DNA of 63,937 nt, filler included, from Conidiobolus incongruus B7586 (lineage: Eukaryota): NCBI GenBank assembly GCA_000697335.1. It is 11 parts of 11 records of this genome, joined end to end, with 100 filler letters (N's around TTAATTAATTAA, not from the genome) between each part and the next. Parts side by side here need not be neighbours in the genome. Positions count along the whole stretch, not along the records: positions 1 to 2,536 come from JNEM01006675.1; positions 2,637 to 4,202 come from JNEM01006676.1; positions 4,303 to 33,053 come from JNEM01006677.1; 8 more parts are not named here. One strand, written 5' to 3'. The notes beneath the pieces are model-generated. The model searched no databases. It had not been told where the DNA came from and was given only the letters and a program-made list of their open reading frames with translations. How positions within the stretch are numbered: position 1 is the first letter of the stretch; every line of letters begins with the position of its first letter. A program made the position numbers and the translations under genes. Below are positions 1 through 11,058 of the stretch, in pieces.

Positions 1-1487
1 TAAATTAAATAATTAAAATCTATTATATTTATTAATTATATATATCATTAAATGATAATATTTAGTTATTAATTAGTTAAAATATAAATTTTTAAATTTT
101 ACCTAAGATAAGTTTTAAATTTGTAGGTTTTTAGTGATAAAAAAAATTAAAACTTAATATATCTACCTTTAGCTTTTCTAACTTTTTTAAGTTTGTAAGG
201 TATAGAATCAACTAACTTTTTATACTAAAAAGGGTTAATCTTGTTCTATGCTTCTTAAACATATTTTTAAAGTTGATCTAAATATTTTATTAGGGGGAAA
301 ACTTTAATAGCTTTTTTTAACTAATCTTAAAGGTGTTTAATTAGATTAAAGTTAAAAAATTAGAAAAGCTACTTTATAACTATTATTTTATTATTTTTAA
401 GCTATTTAGTAATAAAAGCTATAGTATAACAAGAGGTATTATTTTACTAAAAAATAACATTAGATTTATTTAACCTATATTATTCAATGGTTTTTTTAAT
501 TTATTATTCAAAATATTTTAATATATCTTAGTATTAATTCCCTTATTAATTTTACAAAGATATCCTATACCTAAAAACAATATATATCTGTAAATAATAA
601 TTAACCTACCATTGTATTTTTGGGTAAAATTAACATAATAGTTATAAAGTAGTGTTATATCTTTTCTAAAGCTTTTAGTTTTTTATTAAATCTATTAAAG
701 TATATTTTTGTTTTATTAGACTAAATAACCTTACTTTAATTAGTTTTAGTTTAATATTAGTGATAACATTTAAACTCCCACCTAGTTTTATAATGGGATT
801 TTTTTAATTGGGGGTGTTTTTTCTTAAAGTATAAATAATATCTATGCTAATATAAAGCACATATAATAGTATTAGTGCTAACTAATATTCCTATATAGTT
901 TTATAATTCTTGTTATATTTCTACAATAGTACTATATTTATCTATACTAACTAACCTATAGATATATTTCTTATTATATTCATTTATAATTTTAACACAT
1001 TTAAGTTTAAGTTTAAATATTTCTTTATTGTTATTCTTAATAACTTTAGCTATAGTAAACTAACTAACACTAGTAATTCTAATAATATCACAAGTTGATT
1101 TACCTTCTTTATAAAGTTGATTAATATACAAGTGGATTTTTTTAAAGAAGGATTTAAATATAATAATACTAATAAAAAAATTTAGTATATTTGTAAAATA
1201 TTATATAAAATAATAATAAAGAGAGAAAAAAGATATGGTTATATATTATTATATATATCCCTTTATCTCAAAAAACCTATAAATTTATAACTCATCTTAG
1301 TTAAATATTAAAGGTTAATATTTTTGCTAATAGTTTACTAAATATATTTAAATATATATATTTATTATTGAATAATATATTTTAATTATATATTATAATT
1401 TCAAGTAATTTAATATATATAATTGTTTTAGTTATTAATTAAAATATATATATTTTTGATTTTATAACTCACTTTTGTAGGTTAATA
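1..1487 (-). mobile_element. Tc1-family (DD34E, IR/DR-type) DNA transposon, hypermutated; one end truncated by window start
   Basis: Colinear with 45518-47004. The right TIR ttttataactcacttttgtaggttaata is followed by TA (1488-1489). The transposase relic on the minus strand contains many stops. Confidence 0.9.
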
Positions 1488-1489
1488 TA

Positions 1490-1536
1490 AAAATATTTAT
1501 ATTTTTAATTTTATCAGTTATTTTTGTAAGCTAGTG
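1490..1536. mobile_element. Terminal fragment (TIR) of another Tc1 copy, interrupted by the 1-1487 copy
   Basis: aaatatttatatttttaattttatcagttatttttgtaagctagtg|TA matches the element ends at 54872-54918 and 59870-59904. Confidence 0.75.
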
Positions 1537-1538
1537 TA

Positions 1539-2536
1539 ATATATAAAATAAATAAATATTATAAATTTGATAATTTTTTAATTATTAATAACTTTTTATT
1601 ATAACTTTGATAAACTTTTAATATTTAAAAAATAATTCTCTTTATTAAGAATTGAAATTTTATATTTTACAAATCAATTAAATTTTTTTTAAAATTTTTT
1701 TTATAAGTTGGTTTTTTAATTATCTAAAGCAATTATGATTACATTAGTTATAATCTAAGAAATAAATTAAATATAATAGTTTTTTTAGTTATTTTTAAAT
1801 AGATAATTTTTTATATCTTTAGATATATATATTTTATAATTATTATGCAAAATAATAGATATTTATAAATTATATTAGAAATATTAATTAAAAATAGTTT
1901 TATTTAAAAAACAATATAAAGATATTTATTAATTGATTTTCTTTCAAATATTAAATAAGAATAGCATATAATATTATAAATAATTTTAATAATTAATATT
2001 CACTTATTAGTAAATTATTTATTTAAAAGGATTTATAAAAGGGGTTGATTTAGTTTAATTTAATATTTTGATTTATGTTTTAGTAAAAGATTATATAAAA
2101 AGATCTAAGATTTCTCAAAAGTAATTATTTATTATAAAAACTTAGGTTTCTAATAATATTTTAGTAAGTTTTGTTTTACAATAGTTATTTTAGTTTTTTC
2201 TCTAAATTTTAATTAGATTATAAAATTTCTATTTTATATTTTTATATATTAATTTGAGTTTAAACTTTAATATATATAAAATACTTATAAAACTAATATT
2301 AAAATATTTAGACAATTTTATAACTGAAATAAAAAGATATTTTTCAAAATTTTTTTTCATTATATTAATAATTAAAAAAATAATAGTTGATATTAGTTTT
2401 TTAGACTTTAACAAGTTTTAGATAATTTCTCTTTTAATTTAAAAATAATTTACATAACAATAAATTTTTAATTTGAATAATTATTTATTATTAAAAATTG
2501 CTTATAAATTTTAAATAATTTTAAAGGGTTTATAGT
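1539..2536 (-). mobile_element. mariner (DD34D) transposon, partial, hypermutated
   Basis: Reverse complement aligns to the mariner copies at 2687-3996 and 48976-50279. Its 3' end is cut by the Tc1 insertion at TA 1537-1538 and its 5' end runs into a gap. Confidence 0.85.
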
Positions 2537-2636
2537 NNNNNNNNNNNNNNNNNNNNNNNNNNNNNNNNNNNNNNNNNNNNTTAATTAATTAANNNNNNNN
2601 NNNNNNNNNNNNNNNNNNNNNNNNNNNNNNNNNNNN
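2537..2636. other. Artificial contig spacer (44 N + TTAATTAATTAA + 44 N); also at 4203-4302, 33054-33153, 40020-40119, 47678-47777, 50559-50658, 53200-53299, 55260-55359, 57948-58047, 62327-62426
   Basis: Ten identical 100-bp blocks. The 12-mer puts a stop codon in all six frames. Confidence 0.98.
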
Positions 2637-2686
2637 TTAAATTTATAATATATATAATTGATAATTAATAGTTAAAATTACTGATA

Positions 2687-3996
2687 TTACTATAGAATTG
2701 AAAAAATAGGAAATTTTTTAATTTCTGATTTTTCAAAAATATTATTAATTTCAAATAAAATAATATATACATAACAAATAGGAAAATAAATAGTTTTAAA
2801 TTATATATATATATATAATAACTTTTTTGATTAAAAAAATAATTTTTTAAAATTAGTTATTTAATTTAATTATACTTAAACCAAATAGTAACCATTAAAA
2901 GTTTTTTATTTTATAATTAGTAAAACTTAACCATAAACCCTCTAAAATTATTTAAAATTTACAAGCAGTTTTTGGTAATAAAGTATTATCTAAATCAACA
3001 ATTTATTGCTAGGTAAACTATTTTAAAGTTAAGAAAAAAAACTACCTAAAACCTGTTAAAATCTAGAATACTAATTTCAATTGTTATTTTTCTAATTATT
3101 AATAAATTAAAAAAATATATTGAAAAACACCCTTCTATTTCAACTAGAGAATTATCAAGACACTTTAATATTAGTTACATAAGTATTTTATATATATTAA
3201 AGTTTAAATTAAAATTAATTAATAAAAATGCAAAATAGGTACCTTATAATTTAACTAAAGCTTAAAAAAAGCTAGAGTAGTTATTGTTAAACAAAACTTA
3301 CTAAGGTGTAGCTAGAAACTAAAGCTTTTACAATAAATTATTACAATTGATGAATCTCAGATTCTTTTGTATAATCTTTTACCAAAACAAAAATCAAGGG
3401 GTTAGATTAAGCTAAATCAATCCCCTCTATAAATTCCTTTAAATAAGCACTTTATTAATAAGTGAATGTTAATTGTTGTAATAGATTATAATAGCATATA
3501 CTAATCTTATTTAGTTCCTAAAGGAAAATCAATTAATAGTAAACTTTATATTTCTTTTTTAAATAAAATTATTTGTAATTGGTATTCTTAATATAATTTG
3601 AAAAGACTTATTATTTTGCATGATGATTATAAAATACATAAATCTAAAGTTATAAAAATTTTTTAATTAAAATAACTGGAAAAAACTACCACATTTAGTA
3701 TATTCCTTAGATTATAACTTATGTGATTATAATTGTTTTGGGTAATTAAAAAACTAACTTACAGGAAAAAAAATTTTTACAAGAAAATTTAATTGGTTTG
3801 TGAAATATCAAATCTTAGTCTTTAATAAAAAGAACTATTTTTAGGTGTTAGATCTTTGCTAAAAGTATGGCAAAAAGCTATTAGAAATAAAAGAAATTAT
3901 TAATTTTATATTTTATATTTATTTTTACTTTTTATATATTAAAATGTTTATTTTTTTCAATTACAAAAAATTCCTATTATTTAAATTACAAAGTAA
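2687..3996 (+). mobile_element. mariner (DD34D) transposon, full length 1310 bp, subfamily A, hypermutated
   Basis: TA TSDs at 2685-86 and 3997-98. Imperfect ~30-bp TIRs TTACTATAGAATTGAAAAAATAGGAAATTTTTT ... AAAAAATTCCTATTATTTAAATTACAAAGTAA. Relic motifs *VPYNLT (WVPHEL), IITIDES, ILHDD, YSLDYNLCDY. Confidence 0.93.
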
Positions 3997-5313
3997 TAAT
4001 AAAATTATATTTCAAAATATTTTGGAATTTTAATTGATATAAATAGTGATAATTTTTAATTGAGAATATTCTATTATAGGTTACATTATATGTGATATAT
4101 ATATAATATATAATTTTAGTTATTATTAGGCTAATTTTAAAGAGGTTTAAATAAATCTTTTAAATTAAATTAAAGCAAATAGTTTTAATTAAAATTATAT
4201 TTNNNNNNNNNNNNNNNNNNNNNNNNNNNNNNNNNNNNNNNNNNNNTTAATTAATTAANNNNNNNNNNNNNNNNNNNNNNNNNNNNNNNNNNNNNNNNNN
4301 NNAATTATAATTTTAAAATAAATTTCTAATAATTTTATAAAATTTGAAAAATTTTAATTATTATAAGAATTTTTTATTAAATTAAACTAATATATAATTA
4401 TAATTAGTAAAAATTAAAATATATTTATTAAATATATATATATTTTCTTATTCTAAGTATTTAATATGAAATTATCTGAGTTATTTATTAGAATTAAATT
4501 AATTTTGTCATAATATTAATATATTATAAGTATAATACACTAATTATTAGTACTGATATATTAATCCAACAAACAGATTTCAATCTATTTTCAATTTATA
4601 GCAAACCAATTCTCCTTATATATTTTAGTTCAATATTAAATTCAATTAATATACTGAGAAAATCTAATGATAAGGTGACTTTTGGGACAAAATCCATCAC
4701 TGGTTAATTTATATGATATTTTCAATTGGTGGGATTTTGTTTATTCCCATATGATTCCTAAAAAACATATTAATAAAACTGAGATAGTTTTGATTATTAA
4801 ATTGTATAACTTAATATGTCTCATAATTTTTCCTTAGTTATAAAATTGAAAATCTTTCAATTATAACTAATAATTTTTAAATTTTAATTATAAAATTGAT
4901 TTCCTCATTTTTGTTATTTATAGAGTTCAAAAATTGGATGTATATTTAATAAGAAACCAGAACTTAATAAATTTGATTTAATTAGGTAATTATTAAAAGA
5001 AAATCAGTGTTCCAAAATTACAATTGATTAACATTTTCAAAATTCTAATGACAAATTAAAGTCGAATTGATTATTTAATATCATTATAGATTGTTGAGAA
5101 TGTTCAAATACTGGAATAGCATGTCTTTCTCATGCGATATTTTGAAAAGAGATAGTAGAACGAATTTGCTATTGATTGTGTACTTTATAGTATTCAGCTT
5201 TGTGCTGTATTTAAATGTTTCAATTATGAATAATTTAGTTCTTTTAGTAAATTGAATATGAACCTTAGTGAGCACAAAGTGAAAGAGTATATTATTAAAG
5301 GGTATTCAGCATT

Positions 5314-5316
<3 letters not shown>

Positions 5317-5347
<31 letters not shown>
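5317..5347. repeat. (TA)n microsatellite
   Basis: Uninterrupted TA run. Confidence 0.9.
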
Positions 5348-5351
<4 letters not shown>

Positions 5352-6086
5352 GATATTTAAAGAACCGCAATTTCTTTTCATATCCAATATAAACAGATGT
5401 TTGAATTCTTCCTAACTTATCCGTAAATATTCTCAAAATAACAGTAAATTAAAAATTAAACCCTATTTTAAATTGTGTGAAAATTTTGGATTTTCTCAAT
5501 AAATTCAAATTTAATAAATGAGAACAAGTTGATCTTTTTTGTTCAAGTTTTTGATTGTTGAATGCTGATCTTAATTATTTTGAATAAGGAAGATTTAATA
5601 ATTGTGGAGTCGCAGCCTATTATAATGATGATTAAAAATGTTTTCATCATATGGTAATTATTTAGTAGAAACATTCGATAAATATGATAAAGATTTGGCC
5701 AATTGATTAATTATTATGGATCAAAATTTGTTAAAAAATCTCTCAATTAAAGCAAAAAAATAACTCAAATTAACTTATTAAAAAATTCTCATGGCATTCA
5801 AAAAAGTTAGAATTGAAAGAAGAATTGGGTCGAACAAATCAGATGACTAATCATATGCGTTGAATCGACTAAATTGATTAAATGTAAGACAAATCATCGT
5901 ACAACATCCCATAACACCCCAACACTTCTACTTGTTTCAAATAATCAATCGATTCCTGAAGAAACAAAAACTTTATGTTCAATAAAACTGATTTGGAAAA
6001 ATCATTACCAGTTATTAAACAATTCATTTTATTACCAATTGTGTATTTAAATCCTACATTTAGTTTTGGATCCAATCAGTATTAAA

Positions 6087-9011
6087 ATGAGCGATACAGA
6101 AGATAATCATACTAATACTCAGTCTAACAGCTTGAGAAGGCCCAGAAAGTATCGTCCTATCACTCAGTCTTTCTATGGTGTACACCACCACAAGCCCATG
6201 GAGCCTGCTACCTTCACTTTGGAGGGTGACGGTGTTCGAAATCAGACCATGGCACTCAATGACTTTGAGCTGAATAACTCTTTCTCTCCATCCCAGGACA
6301 ATGCCTTTTTGCCAGGTAAAGACTTCCCTAGCTCACTTACAAGCGATATCCAGAACCCCCTACTTAATCATAGACAATCCTACTCTTCAAACCTCAGTGG
6401 ATTCGGTGTTAGCGGATATCAAACCGCCAATGATATGGATGACGCCGCATCCATCGATGGTCCCAACGACTACCAGGAATCACCCGCTACTAAATATAAC
6501 AGCTATTTAGGTACCCCATCTATTCCCTCATATAATGAAACCGTCTCTAATACCAATCAAACTACCATCACTGAATCAACTCCTCTGATTCACGACTCTA
6601 AGGACCTTGAGGCGAATGCACTAGTAAAACCAAGTTTCATCCTTCGCGTGGTCAAGCTTCTGCCAACCGTTGCACTTGGAATGATTCTCAACGTACTTTG
6701 GGCAGTCAGTTCTGGTATGATCATTTTCCCAGTACATCTCCAACCTTTCAAGGACTTCGGTCCAGATGGTATCTCTAACTTTTTAATCACAACAATTATC
6801 AGTCAGCTGGTATTCAGTTTGGGAGGCTCTGTGTTTGAGTGTGGTGTTGGTGGTTTCATGCTTGAAGTCGTCCCCTTCTTGCATATTATGGTTGATATCA
6901 TTATTGAATCTGTAGGTGCCACCAACCCCGAGCAGATCATCCCTACTACTTTGGTTGCTTACGCTTTAGGTACCATCTTTACCGGTATTGTCTTCATGGG
7001 ATTAGGAAAATTCCGACTTGGTTACCTTGTTGGTTTCTTCCCTCGTCACATTCTCGTTGGTTGTATTGGTGGTGTTGGTGTCTTCTTATTCCAAACTTCT
7101 ATTGAAATCATGACCCGCACACAATTATCCTTCACTGACCTCTCCACATGGATACGTCTCTTCAATCAAGATAAGCTCCCTTTATGGTTAACCGCATTTG
7201 CCATTGCATTTACTCTCAAGATGATCCAGCGCAAGGTTGATTCACCCTCCCTTATGCCTGTGTTCTTCACTTGCATTCCTATCGTATTCTTTGCTTTTGT
7301 ATTCTTATTCAATATTCCTCTTGACAAGTTACGTGCTCAGGGCTGGCTCTTCCCCCTTCAGGAGCAGACCAAGCCCTTCTATGACATGTACCTTCAGTTT
7401 AATTTCCGCAACACTAGTTGGTCTACCTTGCCCAAAGTCATCCCCACAATCCTTGCACTCACCTTCTTTGGTATCCTTCACGTTCCTATCAACGTACCTG
7501 CTCTCGCTGTCAGCACCAAAAATGATACATATGATATCAATAAGGAATTAGTCGCTCATGGTTATTCCAATTTACTCTCTGGTTTTGCTGGATCATTACA
7601 AAATTATTTGATCTATTCTTCCAGTGTTTTATTTTACAAATCTGACGGTAATGACAGATTAGCTGGTATTATGGTTGGTCTATTAACAATCGTGGCATGG
7701 ATGATCGGTCCCTCTATCATTACCTATGTCCCAACGCTTGTTGTAGGTAGTTTGTTAGCATTCCTTGGTGTCGAACTTGTCAAAGAAGCAGCTGTCGAAA
7801 CTTATGGTGTTATGAATAACCTCGACTACTTCACTATCCTAATTATTATGGCTGTAATGGCTACTTTCGGATTTGTTGAGGGTATTTTTGTTGGTATTGG
7901 TGCTGCTTGCCTCTTCTTCGTCTTTATTTACTCCTCTAGAACTTCCATTAGATCTTCTTATTCTGGCCTCGCTGCAAAAAGTACTGTCAGAAGACCACAG
8001 CGTCAAAGAGAATTTCTGAATAAGGTATCCTCCCAAATTCACGTTTTGAAGCTTCAGGGATACATGTTCTTCGGTACCATTGGTCAGGTTGAAAGCAAGA
8101 TAAAATCTTTATTAGAGCATACTGTATGGTCTACAAGTCCTATTCGCTTCCTTGTACTCGACATGGCCCTCGTTAACGGTGTCGATTTCAGTGCTGCTGA
8201 AGCATTCATTAGAATCCAAAGACTTTTGGCAGGCCGCGGCGTTCATCTTGTAATTTGTGAAGTTGATGCTGAATCTGAAGTCGGTAGAGCTCTTCGTGCT
8301 GTTGGTGTTTGGGGTCTCGATATGAGTTCATCTATTCACAATTTTAATACCATTAACGATGCTTTAGAATGGTGCGAGAACACATTGTTAAGTGTATCAT
8401 ACTATTTAGCTTCTCAATCATCTGTTGAGAATCGTAGCATTCCCTTCACTTCCACTCCTGCTACAAATGGAATTGAAATTGCTCACACTCCTCGTACCCA
8501 GTACTTGGCTCAAGCTGCTAACCAATTCTCTTCCATTGAAGCTACAATGTTGAGCAATCAAAAGCAACCATTAGCTCTTCTTCTTCAAATATTTAGTAAT
8601 CATGCCCACAATCTTGATCAAGTCATCTATCCCATTAGCTTGCACTTTGTCCATCGCAAATTTGCCAAGGGTACGATTATCTACAATAAGGGAGATGATC
8701 CCGACGGTCTTTACCTCATTGAGAGTGGTTTGATCAAATCACAAGCTTATGATAGTAAGAACAATGTCAAGACTATTGAATCCATCATGCCTGGAGGTCT
8801 CCTAGGAGAACTTACAACCTACACTAATACACCCAGAGTCACCACCATCATCTGTGAATCTGATGTAACAGCTTGGTACCTCAGCAAAGACAAATTAGAC
8901 AGATTGGTTCTTGAGGATCCAGCACTCGTACACCGTTTTACATTAATGACTTTGAATTTTGCATTGCAAGATATCCAAACCTATAGTTCCAAAGCTTTTG
9001 AAATGAATTAA
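6087..9011 (+). CDS. VSB1: Vsb1/YGR125W-like SLC26(SulP)-family membrane transporter with STAS and C-terminal cNMP-binding/RmlC-like domain (probable vacuolar basic amino acid transporter), 974 aa, single exon
   Basis: First ATG at 6087 (the ORF track starts at TTG 6066). Disordered N-terminus; SulP core (FFPRHILVGCIGGVGVFL, ALTFFGILHVPINVPAL, ELVAHGYSN); STAS (LKLQGYMFFGTI, FLVLDMALVNGVDFSAAE); cNMP-type domain (KGDDPDGLYLIESG...GGLLGEL...PRVTTI). The architecture matches the fungal Vsb1 family. Confidence 0.88.
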   Translation: MSDTEDNHTNTQSNSLRRPRKYRPITQSFYGVHHHKPMEPATFTLEGDGVRNQTMALNDFELNNSFSPSQDNAFLPGKDFPSSLTSDIQNPLLNHRQSYSSNLSGFGVSGYQTANDMDDAASIDGPNDYQESPATKYNSYLGTPSIPSYNETVSNTNQTTITESTPLIHDSKDLEANALVKPSFILRVVKLLPTVALGMILNVLWAVSSGMIIFPVHLQPFKDFGPDGISNFLITTIISQLVFSLGGSVFECGVGGFMLEVVPFLHIMVDIIIESVGATNPEQIIPTTLVAYALGTIFTGIVFMGLGKFRLGYLVGFFPRHILVGCIGGVGVFLFQTSIEIMTRTQLSFTDLSTWIRLFNQDKLPLWLTAFAIAFTLKMIQRKVDSPSLMPVFFTCIPIVFFAFVFLFNIPLDKLRAQGWLFPLQEQTKPFYDMYLQFNFRNTSWSTLPKVIPTILALTFFGILHVPINVPALAVSTKNDTYDINKELVAHGYSNLLSGFAGSLQNYLIYSSSVLFYKSDGNDRLAGIMVGLLTIVAWMIGPSIITYVPTLVVGSLLAFLGVELVKEAAVETYGVMNNLDYFTILIIMAVMATFGFVEGIFVGIGAACLFFVFIYSSRTSIRSSYSGLAAKSTVRRPQRQREFLNKVSSQIHVLKLQGYMFFGTIGQVESKIKSLLEHTVWSTSPIRFLVLDMALVNGVDFSAAEAFIRIQRLLAGRGVHLVICEVDAESEVGRALRAVGVWGLDMSSSIHNFNTINDALEWCENTLLSVSYYLASQSSVENRSIPFTSTPATNGIEIAHTPRTQYLAQAANQFSSIEATMLSNQKQPLALLLQIFSNHAHNLDQVIYPISLHFVHRKFAKGTIIYNKGDDPDGLYLIESGLIKSQAYDSKNNVKTIESIMPGGLLGELTTYTNTPRVTTIICESDVTAWYLSKDKLDRLVLEDPALVHRFTLMTLNFALQDIQTYSSKAFEMN

Positions 9012-9920
9012 TTGATTATTTAATTTTAATTTTATTATCAAAAAACTAAACTCAAAATTATATTACTAATTATTTTTTGTATTGTGAATAAATCTTAAAT
9101 ATTAATCACTAACTAATACTTTTTGCAATATTCATTTTTTTAGAATATGAATAAAATAATTAAAGTTGAATAATATTCATATTTTTTATCTTCATTAAAA
9201 AATAAAGCTATAGTCAATTTTTCTTAAATATCATTATTTTATATTTAAATATCTAGAAAAAACAAATTAGTAATACTTTTGTAAATAATTTCTTAAAAAT
9301 CAAGAAAAAAAATGTAATTTGATTATTAAAATTTTTGTATAAATTTAGCATACTTTAAATGTTCAATTTATTAAATGATATCATATTAAGCAAATTTTAA
9401 GTTTAATCATTTTAAAATTGATAGTCATCCATATATTTAATGGTTCAAAAAAATTGTTTCAACTATTTTTTTTCAATAAAAATAATTATTTGATATAACG
9501 ATTATCAATTATAATATTTGATAATTGATAATTGAAATTTATAAAATCTTAATGATTCTCTTTAAGATTTATTTGTTTTAAATAAATTATTAAAGAGAAA
9601 AAATACTTGATAACCAACAATTAACATTTGCCAAGTGTGAATTGTAATCTTATAAAAGATCTATTTTATCAATGATGGTAAAATCAGAAGATGTGATATG
9701 GTTAATATATTTTAAATACTTGAAAATCATAATTAGAATGGTGATAACGAGATATATTTTATTGAGTATTTGTCGAATGTTATAATTCAGTGATCCAGCT
9801 AAACTAACAATGATATTAAAACATGAAGATGATAAGAAACATTTAAATCTTACAATACAATTGAATTGAAAATGTATGATCAAATAATAGCACAAATCTT
9901 GTATGAAAAGAGATGAGATA

Positions 9921-10709
9921 TTACATGCAAAATTTATCTGATTTGATTTTGGCTCTCCTATCCAAAAGAGCTTCATTCAATCTGCCATCCTCTTTTGCTT
10001 TCTTCAGCTCATCCAAATCCGAAGTGAGCTTCTTTCGTTTACCCTGGAAACTCATGTATTTCATACCAATCTCATCCTCTAAATTAGACGTGACTTTAAC
10101 CTCGTCCAAACGTTTCTTGGAAGCTTGGAGGCGTTCGTAGCGAACTTGATTCTGGCATCTGACTTTAAAAGTTTGTGCAAATCCGATATACTCTTCGGTA
10201 GCGGTTAACTTTTGAGAAGCTTCGTCAAATGTTAAGAATTTGTCATAAACACTTTGGAAGCAGACGCCATCTTCACGTATCACTGCAGTCCACTCCTCTT
10301 GAGGGCCAATAGCTTCTTTATGAGCAGTGACAACTCCAAATTTATCGCAGGATAAATACTTTGAATAGCATGTTTTAAATGTGAATTTGGAACTGTCAAT
10401 AACTCGTTGACCTGTAAAAACTTGCTGAACACTACTTGGTTCAAAATTACTTAAAGCTTGGTCATTTTCACCGATTGATTTAGGTTTCAGAATATGCATT
10501 TCATTTGTTTGAAACGTGACAGGAGTGTCTGCGGGAAATGATATTGTGATAGGACCTACTAAATCATCTAACTCTTCAACAAATGTCCAACCTTCTTGAG
10601 GTATGTCATCAGAAGTTTGCTTATGGGATTTTTCACTAGATTTTTTCTTCTTTTTGGGTTTATCGCCTTTAAAACTTAATTTATTGGATTTCTTTCTTAA
10701 TGGATCCAT
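9921..10709 (-). CDS. FRG1: FRG1-like protein (fascin-like beta-trefoil, spliceosome-associated), 262 aa
   Basis: N-terminal KLSFKGDKPKKKKK NLS; KYLSCDKFGVV...EAIGPQEEW; conserved C-terminus DGRLNEALLDRRAKIKSDKFC. Confidence 0.95.
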   Translation of the reverse strand: MDPLRKKSNKLSFKGDKPKKKKKSSEKSHKQTSDDIPQEGWTFVEELDDLVGPITISFPADTPVTFQTNEMHILKPKSIGENDQALSNFEPSSVQQVFTGQRVIDSSKFTFKTCYSKYLSCDKFGVVTAHKEAIGPQEEWTAVIREDGVCFQSVYDKFLTFDEASQKLTATEEYIGFAQTFKVRCQNQVRYERLQASKKRLDEVKVTSNLEDEIGMKYMSFQGKRKKLTSDLDELKKAKEDGRLNEALLDRRAKIKSDKFCM

Positions 10710-11025
10710 ATTTTTAATTTTATGTTTATAATAAGTTTTAGGATTTGGTAATTGAATGAATTAAAATATATAATTTTTCTTTGGTAATTAAATTATTATG
10801 GGAATTTTATTTCACATCACTTTCAATCTATTTATTTTCAATAAATATTAAGTAAAATTATAAATTAATATAATTCAAAAATATTTATTGGGTTATTTCA
10901 TATAGTAGTATATAGTAATATCGATAATCATACAATCTGAATAGTTGGATATGAATGTAGGTATGTCAGTGGACTTGTATACATTGGTAGAATAAATTGA
11001 TTCAAATTAGGATGAAAATTGTGAT

Positions 11026-11058
11026 AGATGGAATTAAGATGGAATTAAGATGGAATTA
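11026..11058. repeat. 3 x 11-bp perfect tandem repeat AGATGGAATTA overlapping the stop codon of the minus-strand gene
   Basis: Copies at 11026-11036, 11037-11047 and 11048-11058. Confidence 0.9.

Noticed and set aside
2229..2414. Short AT-rich ORF-track entries (e.g. 2229-2414, 33244-33659, 35016-35216, 36527-36954, 43832-44044, 49877-50077, 61675-61878)
   Set aside because: These are stop-free pieces of decayed transposons or chance I/K/N/L/F/Y-rich frames, not host genes.
2581..2592. Recurrent palindrome TTAATTAATTAA between N runs (10 times), superficially a regularly spaced repeat or CRISPR-like array
   Set aside because: It is an artificial six-frame-stop linker in fixed 100-bp gaps. 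It also means adjacency across gaps is unverified.
6301..8042. Small ORFs overlapping VSB1 (and likewise those inside FRG1, PRP22, HOM3, the LRR gene and pol)
   Set aside because: Alternative-frame or antisense shadows of real CDSs with no recognisable motifs.
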